The notes beneath the pieces are model-generated. The model was not told the origin of the DNA, made no database searches, and was given only the letters and a program-made list of their open reading frames with translations. Position numbers and translations under genes: made by a program. Below, in pieces: positions 20,445 to 28,432 of a stretch of 32,000 bases of DNA (position 1 is its first letter; every line of letters starts with the position of its first letter). Location of the stretch: NCBI RefSeq assembly GCF_000441555.1, contig NC_021885.1, positions 300,001-332,000 of the forward strand. The letters are read 5' to 3'. Origin of the DNA: Candidatus Profftella armatura. Lineage in GTDB: Bacteria > Pseudomonadota > Gammaproteobacteria > Burkholderiales > Burkholderiaceae.

Positions 20445-21299
20445 ATGCAAAATACCTTGTTATTAGTAGATGGTTCTAGTTGTATATATAGAGCGTTTTA
20501 TGCGTTACCTGATATAAGAAATATAGATAATTTTCCAGTTGGCGCATTATATGGTACAATAAAAATGTTACGTAAATTATATAAAAATTATAGGGCAACT
20601 TACATTGCTTGCATATTTGATGCAAAAGGAAAAAATTTTAGAAATATTTTATATCCATCTTATAAAGCTACGCGAAAAAAAATGCCATATAATTTAATTT
20701 TACAAATCAATCTAATTCATCAAATGATAAAAGCAATAGGTTGGCCAATTTTAATAATAAAAGGAGTTGAAGCTGACGATGTAATTGGAACACTTGCTAA
20801 ACAGGCTGTTACTAAACATAATTTAAAAGTTATTATTTCGACTAATGATAAAGATATGGCGCAATTAGTAAGCAATAAAATTGCTCTTATTAATAATAAT
20901 AAAATACATGATCGTACAACTATTATTTCTAGGTTTGGTGTGTCACCAGAAAAAATTGTTGATTATTTTAGTTTAATAGGTGATATGTCAGATAACTTAC
21001 CTGGTGTTAAAAAAATTGGACCTAAAACAGCTGTTAAATTATTAAATCAATATAATTCTTTAGAAAATATTATAAATAATGCCAATAACATTAAAGGTGT
21101 AATTGGAAAAAATTTACGATTTGCATTAAATTGGTTACCAAAATTAAAAAAATTATTAACAATAAAAACTGACTGTGATCTTACTAAAAATATAGTATCA
21201 ATTCCAGAATCTTTAATTCTTCAACCTAAAGATGAAAAATTATTAATGCAATTATTTAATAAATATAAGTTAAATAAGCTAAATTTCTTGATGCATTAA
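20445..21299 (+). CDS. polA: 5'-3' exonuclease (flap endonuclease): the DNA polymerase I N-terminal domain only
   Basis: The 284-aa ORF is collinear with E. coli Pol I residues ~1-320: LLLVDGSS.IYRAFYA, FDAKGKNFR...YP.YKA.R..MP, GVEADDVIGTLA, STNDKDMAQLV, GD.SDN.PGV..IG.KTA, TIKTDC.L and LFNKYKL. It stops at the domain boundary and only 154 nt of A/T follow. No 3'-5' exonuclease or polymerase domains are present in the window. Confidence 0.92.
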   Translation: MQNTLLLVDGSSCIYRAFYALPDIRNIDNFPVGALYGTIKMLRKLYKNYRATYIACIFDAKGKNFRNILYPSYKATRKKMPYNLILQINLIHQMIKAIGWPILIIKGVEADDVIGTLAKQAVTKHNLKVIISTNDKDMAQLVSNKIALINNNKIHDRTTIISRFGVSPEKIVDYFSLIGDMSDNLPGVKKIGPKTAVKLLNQYNSLENIINNANNIKGVIGKNLRFALNWLPKLKKLLTIKTDCDLTKNIVSIPESLILQPKDEKLLMQLFNKYKLNKLNFLMH

Positions 21300-21453
21300 A
21301 AAATTTACTTATTTTATACTAATTAATATTTAAATATTTATTACATTTTTAAAAATGTGCAATAATATCATTAATTTAAACTTAATTTACTATTTTTTTA
21401 AAAAAATAGAATTTTAGAATTATTTAATTCACTTTAAATCATATAAAAATATT

Positions 21454-22194
21454 ATGACTAAACAAAAAAAAAAAATATTATCATCTAAAGTTGACGTTCT
21501 TAACGCTATTAATAATAATACATTAAGTATACCATTAAAAAATCATGATGATAATATCTCTGATGAAAATTATGATATTGATTGTAGTGATGCTAAGTCG
21601 TTATTTAATTTAACTAATCATTTTTTAATTGCTATGCCTGGTTTTTCTACCCCATTTTTTGATGGAGCAGTAGTATATTTATGTGAACATAATTCAAATG
21701 GTGCATTTGGTATCATAATTAATAAACCAACTGATATGACTATAAATATTTTATTAGATAACGATAGTAATTTAAAACTAAAATTAGTTCCAAATACAAA
21801 AGAATTTATTTTAGAAAAAACAACAAAAACTATTATGTTTGGTGGTCCTATTCAAATTGATAGAGGTTTTGTGTTACATAATATTACTAATGAAAAATCA
21901 CCAATTTTTAATTCAACTTTAAATATAGCTTCTGACATTTCATTGACTACTTCTAGAGATATATTAGAATCCTTTTCTAGAGGAGACGGACCATCCCAGT
22001 TATTAATAAGCTTAGGTTGCTCAGGATGGGGGGCTGGTCAATTAGAGGAGGAAATTATGAATAATCATTGGTTAATAGTTGACGCTAATTCTGAAGTTAT
22101 TTTTGATGTTCCATGTGAACAACGATTTTTTGCTGCAGTAAAATTATTAGGAGTTAACCCATTAATGTTAAGCAATCAATATGGATATGTCTAA
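21454..22194 (+). CDS. yqgE: YqgE/AlgH family protein (UPF0301), with an N-terminal extension of about 50 codons
   Basis: The 246-aa ORF shows homology starting at residue ~55 (NHFLIAMPG...P.F...VVYLCEHN.NGA.GIIINKP) and ending ..GCSGWGAGQLE.E...N.W. Upstream of that block the only start codon is the ATG at 21454. Confidence 0.88.
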   Translation: MTKQKKKILSSKVDVLNAINNNTLSIPLKNHDDNISDENYDIDCSDAKSLFNLTNHFLIAMPGFSTPFFDGAVVYLCEHNSNGAFGIIINKPTDMTINILLDNDSNLKLKLVPNTKEFILEKTTKTIMFGGPIQIDRGFVLHNITNEKSPIFNSTLNIASDISLTTSRDILESFSRGDGPSQLLISLGCSGWGAGQLEEEIMNNHWLIVDANSEVIFDVPCEQRFFAAVKLLGVNPLMLSNQYGYV

Positions 22195-22609
22195 TAATTT
22201 AATTAAATCTTTTCCTAATATTGAAATTATATTTGGTTTTGATTTTGGATTTAAAAGAATAGGAATTGCATTTGGAAATACCTTAATAAAACATGCAAAA
22301 CCTTTGAAAATTATTCATTCGATAACTAATAAAGCAAAATTTAATGAAATTTCTAAATTAGTAGAAAAGTGGAAACCAAAGTATTTTGTGGTTGGTTTTC
22401 CAACATATATTGATATGACTTCTGAAAAACATAAAGTAGCAATCAGATGTAAGCGATTTGCTAATCAACTATATGGACGTTATTCAATTAAAACATTTAT
22501 GATTAACGAAAATTATTCATCAATTATAATTAAAAATTATCGTAAAAAATATATAGATTCTCAATCAGCCGCTCTTATATTACAACAATATTTTAATGAA
22601 AAATTATAA
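22181..22609 (+). CDS. ruvX: Holliday-junction-resolvase-like pre-16S rRNA nuclease RuvX (YqgF)
   Basis: The 142-aa ORF contains ..GFDFG.KRIGIA.G.......PL..I......F..I..L...W.P...VVG.P, then the ..DSQSAALILQ.YF tail. It overlaps yqgE by 14 nt, and a second ATG at 22187 would shorten the overlap. The yqgE-ruvX linkage is widely conserved. Confidence 0.9.
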   Translation: MDMSNNLIKSFPNIEIIFGFDFGFKRIGIAFGNTLIKHAKPLKIIHSITNKAKFNEISKLVEKWKPKYFVVGFPTYIDMTSEKHKVAIRCKRFANQLYGRYSIKTFMINENYSSIIIKNYRKKYIDSQSAALILQQYFNEKL

Positions 22610-23431
22610 TTAAAAATTATTTACTTGAATTATTGAACGATCTTCAAGACATAATGCTGTAAGTTTGTTACCCCAAACGCAACCAGTATCTAAGCAAATG
22701 ATATTAGGTTTCATTATTAATCCTAAAGTTGACCAATGCCCGAATAGCACAGTAATATCAATTGTTTTCCTATTAGGCAAATCAAACCATGGTATATAAT
22801 TACTTTGAAAATTATTATTTTTTATATTTTTTTTTATAAATTCTATTGTTCCATCTATTTTACAAAATCTTGTGCGTGTTAATGTATTAATAATAAATTG
22901 TAATTTATCTATTGTATTTAAATGTATTGTATGTAAATGATTATCCCAATTTATTGAATTATGATTATATAATTTAAAAAATAAATTTTTCCAATAAGAT
23001 GTTCTTAATATTTTTTCCACTTGATGAGATAATTTTATAGTTTGTTGAGCTGTCCATTGTTTAGCTACTCCAGCATGGATCATAAGATATTTTTTATAAT
23101 ATATAGCTAATGGTTGCGTACGCAACCAAGATACTAATTTTTTTTTATCTGGAGCATCTAAAATATCATCAAAAGTATCAAGTTTACTTTTTTTATTAAT
23201 ATTAATTAAAACATCTAATAAATGTATTTCATGATTTCCTAAAACTATTTTAGCATAATTTCTCATTGAATAAACCATTCGTAGAGTATCTAAAGATTGG
23301 GGACCTTTATTAATTAAATCTCCTAAGAATATAAAATTAGCTTCAGGAGATTTTTTATGAATTTTTTTTAAAAGTATAGAAAGTGATTTTTTACAACCAT
23401 GAACATCTCCTATAGCATAAGTTGTTTTCAT
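22610..23431 (-). CDS. apaH: bis(5'-nucleosyl)-tetraphosphatase, symmetrical (Ap4A hydrolase)
   Basis: The 273-aa ORF begins MKTTYAIGDVHGC and has metallophosphatase motifs GDL.NKGP, LGNHE and GHW, with an ApaH-type C-terminus (LD.GCVWG..LTA..LEDR). Confidence 0.93.
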   Translation of the reverse strand: MKTTYAIGDVHGCKKSLSILLKKIHKKSPEANFIFLGDLINKGPQSLDTLRMVYSMRNYAKIVLGNHEIHLLDVLININKKSKLDTFDDILDAPDKKKLVSWLRTQPLAIYYKKYLMIHAGVAKQWTAQQTIKLSHQVEKILRTSYWKNLFFKLYNHNSINWDNHLHTIHLNTIDKLQFIINTLTRTRFCKIDGTIEFIKKNIKNNNFQSNYIPWFDLPNRKTIDITVLFGHWSTLGLIMKPNIICLDTGCVWGNKLTALCLEDRSIIQVNNF

Positions 23432-23443
23432 AAATATTTGAAA

Positions 23444-25594
23444 TTAAATTTTATTTTTATTAAAAGATAAGATATTATCTTGTATATCAATATATATAGT
23501 ATCTTTTTCTACAAAATATCCAGATAAAATTAATTTAGAAAGCGGATTTTCAATTTTCTGTTGAATTACTCTTTTTAAAGGACGGGCTCCATATATTAAA
23601 TCAAATCCTATATTAGAAATTTTTTTTAATGCCGCTTTACTAATTTTAAGATCCATATTCATTTTTAATAATTTATTTTTTAGAATATTTAATTGTATAT
23701 TCGCAATAGAAAGAATATTTTTTCTATTAAGATAACGAAAAACAATAATATCATCAATACGATTTATAAATTCAGGTCGAAAATATATTTTTACTTCATT
23801 CATTACTGCTAATTTTATAATTTCTTTATCTCCCTTTTCCATCTCTTTAATTTTATCAGATCCAAGATTTGATGTCATAACAATAATTGTATTTCTAAAA
23901 TTTATAGTACGACCACGGTTATCTGTTAAACGACCATCATCTAGTATTTGTAATAATATATTAAAGACATCTGAATTTGCTTTTTCAATTTCATCTAATA
24001 AAATTAAACTATATGGTTTTCTACGAACTATTTCTGTTAAATAACCTCCTTCTTCATATCCAATATAACCTGGAGGTGCGCCAATTAAACGAGAAATAGA
24101 ATGTTTTTCTATAAATTCACTCATGTCAATTCTTATTATTGATTCTTCATTATTAAATATACATGCGGATAATGTTTTACATAATTCTGTTTTCCCAACT
24201 CCAGTAGGACCTAAAAACATAAAAGAACCATATGGACGTTTAGCATCAGATAAACCAGATCGAGAACGTCGAATTGCATTTGAAACCGCTGAAATTGCTT
24301 CATCTTGACCAACAACTCTTTTACATAATAAATTTTCTATATTTAATAATTTTTCACGTTCTACTTGTACTATTTTTGACACTGGTATTCCTGTGGTACG
24401 TGAAACAATTTCAGCTATTTCTTCAGATCCAACTTTAGTTTTGAGTAAAGTAAATTTATTTGCGTTATTAGGTAATTGTATATCTTTTTGTGATTTTTCT
24501 TTTAATATTCTTTCTAATTTATTTAATTCTCCATATTTTAATTTTGATACAGTTTGCCAGTCACTTTTTCTAGTAGCCTTGTTTATTTTTAAGCGTACTT
24601 TTTCAATTTCCTCCTTAATCTGTTGACTATCTTTTATTAAGGTTTTTTCATATTTCCATATCTTTTCCAAATTAGCATATTTAATTTCTAATTTATTAAT
24701 TTCTTTTTTAATAAGTAATAATCTTTTTTTTGATGATTCATCATACTCACGTTTTATAGCTTCATGCTCTATTTTCAGTTGAATTAATCGTCTTTCTAAT
24801 TTATCCATAATTTCTGGTTTAGAATCTATTTCAATTTTAATTTTAGCTGCAGCTTCATCAATTAAATCAATAGCTTTATCTGGCATAAATCTATCGCTAA
24901 TATAGCGATATGATAATTCTGACGCTGCTACAATAGCAGGATCAGTAATTTCAACACCATGATGAACTTCATATTTTTTTTGTAATCCCCGTAAAATTGA
25001 AATAGTTTCCTCGATATCAGGCTCTTCTACTAAAATTTTTTGAAAACGGCGCTCAAATGCTGCATCTTTTTCTATATATTGACGATATTCATTAAGTGTG
25101 GTGGCCCCAATACAATGAAGTTCTCCACGAGATAATTCTGGTTTCAGCATATTACCAGCATCTATAGAGCCCTCTACTTTACCTGTTCCAATCATAGTAT
25201 GTAATTCATCTATAAAAATTATAATATTTTTTTGATTATTAGATATTTCTTTTAATATTTTTTTTAAGCGATCTTCAAATTCTCCACGATATTTTGTTCC
25301 AGCTAGTAATAAAGCTATATCTAGTAATAAAATTTTTTTTGATAACAAACTATTAGGGACTTCTCCATTTATAATTCGTTGAGCTAATCCCTCTACAATA
25401 GCTGTTTTACCTACTCCAGGTTCTCCGATTAAAACAGGGTTATTTTTACTTCTTCTTTGTAATACTTGTATTGCTCGTCGAATTTCATCATCACGCCCAA
25501 TTACAGGGTCTAATTTTCCTAATCTAGCTTTTTCAGTTAAATCTATTGTGTATTTTTTTAAATACCCTATGTGTTCTTCATCCTGTTGTGACAA
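23444..25594 (-). CDS. clpB: chaperone disaggregase ClpB lacking the N-terminal domain (equivalent to ClpB80)
   Basis: The 716-aa ORF starts at TTG. It is collinear with E. coli ClpB from about residue 150 onward: [52 protein letters not shown]. It retains NBD1, the long coiled-coil M-domain, NBD2 ([11 protein letters not shown]) and the sensor/arginine motifs. Full-length ClpB is ~860 aa. Confidence 0.93.
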   Translation of the reverse strand: MSQQDEEHIGYLKKYTIDLTEKARLGKLDPVIGRDDEIRRAIQVLQRRSKNNPVLIGEPGVGKTAIVEGLAQRIINGEVPNSLLSKKILLLDIALLLAGTKYRGEFEDRLKKILKEISNNQKNIIIFIDELHTMIGTGKVEGSIDAGNMLKPELSRGELHCIGATTLNEYRQYIEKDAAFERRFQKILVEEPDIEETISILRGLQKKYEVHHGVEITDPAIVAASELSYRYISDRFMPDKAIDLIDEAAAKIKIEIDSKPEIMDKLERRLIQLKIEHEAIKREYDESSKKRLLLIKKEINKLEIKYANLEKIWKYEKTLIKDSQQIKEEIEKVRLKINKATRKSDWQTVSKLKYGELNKLERILKEKSQKDIQLPNNANKFTLLKTKVGSEEIAEIVSRTTGIPVSKIVQVEREKLLNIENLLCKRVVGQDEAISAVSNAIRRSRSGLSDAKRPYGSFMFLGPTGVGKTELCKTLSACIFNNEESIIRIDMSEFIEKHSISRLIGAPPGYIGYEEGGYLTEIVRRKPYSLILLDEIEKANSDVFNILLQILDDGRLTDNRGRTINFRNTIIVMTSNLGSDKIKEMEKGDKEIIKLAVMNEVKIYFRPEFINRIDDIIVFRYLNRKNILSIANIQLNILKNKLLKMNMDLKISKAALKKISNIGFDLIYGARPLKRVIQQKIENPLSKLILSGYFVEKDTIYIDIQDNILSFNKNKI

Positions 25595-26076
25595 AATATT
25601 TTTTCCTTTTAGAGTTAAAAAAATTGTTTTTTAAAAATTTATAATTTAAATTATAATTACGCAATAAGATTTCAGCCTGTGATTTACTCAAAAAAATCTA
25701 AATAAAATTATTTACACTTGAGATATAATTTTTATAATATCTTTTTTCTACTTTATCTAATATTTTATCTAATATATTAATTCTTTTCTAATTTTTGTTT
25801 TATAATTATCTCTAAATATTTTAAGTAAATAAGCCGTAAATTAATTAATTTTTTAACAAAGTATACTTAAACCAAAATGCTACAAGACAAAAAATGAAAA
25901 AATTTTTTTAAAAAATAAATGTAAAAATTATACATAAAAATTATCATTATTAATTACTAAATTTTGAGTATAAACTAAAGATTCTTCTAATTTTGTTGTT
26001 ATTACTTATTAGAATATATTAACTCTCCTAATTTTAAATTTATTTTTACAATTTACAATAGATTTATTTTTAATTT

Positions 26077-27483
26077 CTATTTAGGATATTTTTTAATAAA
26101 ATTATAACGTTTTAAAATATTTTTTTTAGATAAACTGTGTTCTAAAATAGGCTTTGGGTAATTTTTTCCTAATATAATTCCAGCTTTTTCTAATTTATAA
26201 GAACTTGCTTTCCAGGGAGAATGAATATATTTATTTGATAATTTTGATAATTGTGGAAGATATTTACGAATAAAAATTCCTTGATAATCAAATTTTTTAG
26301 ATTGAATAATTGGATTAAAAATACGAAAAAATGGTTGAGAAGAACAACCAGAAGATGCTGACCATTGCCAATTACCATTATTAGATGCTAAATCAAAATC
26401 ATTTAACTTATTTGCGAAATAATTTTCTCCCCATTTCCAATTAATACCCATATTTTTTATTAAGAAACTTGCAGTTACCATTCTTAATCTATTATGCATA
26501 TAACCGCTTGAATTTAATTGAATAATAGCAGAATCAATTAATGGATAACCAGTATACCCTTTACACCAATTTAAAAAATTTTTTTTTGCATAGTTATCAC
26601 TTTCCCAAAGAATATTATCATACTCCTTTTTAAAAGATTTATTTACTACATTTGGATGGCAATATAAAATCATTTGATAAAAATCACGCCATATTAACTG
26701 AGATAACCATGTAAAATATCCAATACAGTCAGTTTTATAATGTTTTTTTATGAATTTAAAAATTAGTTTTACTAATTTTCGAATTGATATTGTTCCAAAT
26801 CTTAAATGTATAGACAAATAAGAAGTTCCATTAATAGAAGGATAATTTCTATTTATATTATAATTTTTAATTTTTTTAATAAAATTATTTAATAATATTT
26901 TTGCTCCAGACGCTCCTGTTTTAATACCTAGGGAAGATAAGTTACTTTTACAAAATCCAAGATCATTTAATGAAATTATGTTATTATTAATTATTTTATG
27001 TAATTTAGAAGAATGTACTAAATTATTTAGATAAGAGTTAACTGGATAAGATTGTAAATAACATTTATTACTTTTAACTTTTTCTATCCATTTTTTTTGA
27101 TAAAAAGAAAATATAGAATATGGTTTTCCTGTTTTATTTAAAATTTCATTTTTTTCAAAAATAACTTGATCCTTATAGCTAAAAAATTTGCATCCTATTA
27201 CTTTTAATTCTTTTTTAATTAATTTATCACGTATTATTGCTTGAGGTTCATAATCATGATTTATCATTACTGCGTCAATATTTAGCTTTATAACTAATTT
27301 TTTAATTTCTTTTGAGGCAATAGCATAACGTATAATTAGATCACTATCATAATTTTGTAGATTAATACTTAGTTCAATAATACTTTTAAATATAAATTCA
27401 ATTCTACGATCCTCAATAATACCTTGAGAACGTAAAGGATCTAAGATATTTTTATCAAATATGAATACACAATATACCTCCAT
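26077..27483 (-). CDS. phrB: deoxyribodipyrimidine photolyase (coordinates are first ATG to stop; conserved coding continues upstream to at least ~27560)
   Basis: The 468-aa ORF has photolyase/FAD-binding motifs: WRDFYQ, TGYPLIDSAI.QL..SGYMHNRLRMVTASFL, NNGNWQWSASSG and FRIFNPIIQSKKFD. The in-frame codons upstream of the ATG read ..IFKKTLFWFRRDLRIQDNTALYYALRQS-M. This is the universally conserved photolyase N-terminus (E. coli LVWFRQDLRLHDNLAL), so the true start is upstream. See findings. Confidence 0.85.
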   Translation of the reverse strand: MEVYCVFIFDKNILDPLRSQGIIEDRRIEFIFKSIIELSINLQNYDSDLIIRYAIASKEIKKLVIKLNIDAVMINHDYEPQAIIRDKLIKKELKVIGCKFFSYKDQVIFEKNEILNKTGKPYSIFSFYQKKWIEKVKSNKCYLQSYPVNSYLNNLVHSSKLHKIINNNIISLNDLGFCKSNLSSLGIKTGASGAKILLNNFIKKIKNYNINRNYPSINGTSYLSIHLRFGTISIRKLVKLIFKFIKKHYKTDCIGYFTWLSQLIWRDFYQMILYCHPNVVNKSFKKEYDNILWESDNYAKKNFLNWCKGYTGYPLIDSAIIQLNSSGYMHNRLRMVTASFLIKNMGINWKWGENYFANKLNDFDLASNNGNWQWSASSGCSSQPFFRIFNPIIQSKKFDYQGIFIRKYLPQLSKLSNKYIHSPWKASSYKLEKAGIILGKNYPKPILEHSLSKKNILKRYNFIKKYPK

Positions 27484-27595
27484 GCTTTGACGTAACGCAT
27501 AATATAACGCAGTATTATCTTGTATACGAAGATCACGACGAAACCAAAATAAAGTTTTTTTAAAAATTTTTATATAATAAAAATGTTATTCATAA

Positions 27596-28111
27596 TTAAA
27601 ATGGAACATCATCATCTGCTTCTAAAAAATTAGATATAGGCAGTGGTTGTGTTTTAAAATTTTCTTTAGATTTTTCTTTTTCGTTATTAGTATTTGAAGT
27701 ATAATTTTTACGTGCAGACATTATATTAAAAAAATTATTTTCTAAATTATTAGAAATATTTTTTTCATTTGTATTTTTACGACTACCTAACATTTGCATG
27801 TTATCAGCAATAACTTCTGTAATATATTTTTCAACTCCTTCCTTATTAGTCCATTTTCGTGTTTGTAAACGTCCTTCTATATATATTTGTGATCCTTTTT
27901 TTAAGTATTGTTTTACAATTTGCGCTAGTTTACGATAAAAAGTAATTCGATGCCATTCTGTTAATTCCCTTTTTTCTCCAGAATTTTTATCTCTCCAATT
28001 TTCTGTTGTTGCAATGCTTACATTAGTAACGGCATCACCATTAGACATATAACGTGTCTCAGGATCTCGACCAAGATTACCAATAATAATTACTTTATTT
28101 ACAGAGGCCAT
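27596..28111 (-). CDS. ssb: single-stranded DNA-binding protein
   Basis: The 171-aa ORF begins [20 protein letters not shown]...G.AV.NVSIAT...W.DK.SGE..E.TEWHR. It has a low-complexity linker and an acidic tip (DDDVPF). Confidence 0.96.
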   Translation of the reverse strand: MASVNKVIIIGNLGRDPETRYMSNGDAVTNVSIATTENWRDKNSGEKRELTEWHRITFYRKLAQIVKQYLKKGSQIYIEGRLQTRKWTNKEGVEKYITEVIADNMQMLGSRKNTNEKNISNNLENNFFNIMSARKNYTSNTNNEKEKSKENFKTQPLPISNFLEADDDVPF

Positions 28112-28432
28112 ATTTTTATATTTAGTTGTTTATTTTGATAATTATACAATTTTAACATTATTAAATTCTATAAAAAATATATTTATTTTATAATTATTTT
28201 TAAAATTATTTTATATTTTTGAAAATTATTATATGTTTCTTCTTTTCATATATAATAATAATTACTTTATTATATACTTATATTAATAAAAAATTAAAAA
28301 ATTTTTTGTAAATAAAAATTTTTTAAATTTATTTTCTTAAATAATATCTAGATTTTATACTAAAATATTTTATATTAAAAATTTATAAAAATTTTTATTT
28401 AATTATCTATAAACATATATTTTATACTATAA

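Noticed and set aside
25595-25740. Heat-shock (sigma-32) promoter upstream of clpB, e.g. around TTGAGTAAATCACAGGCTGAAATCTTAT.
   Set aside because: The match to the CTTGAAA-N13-15-CCCCATNT consensus is poor, and the -10 element lacks the C-rich core. The slightly G/C-richer patch is as well explained by a relic of the coding sequence.
28112-28432. LexA/SOS box (CTGT-N8-ACAG) in the ssb/gyrA divergent spacer.
   Set aside because: No such motif is present. The nearest is TTGT...ACAA, which has the wrong spacing and bases.
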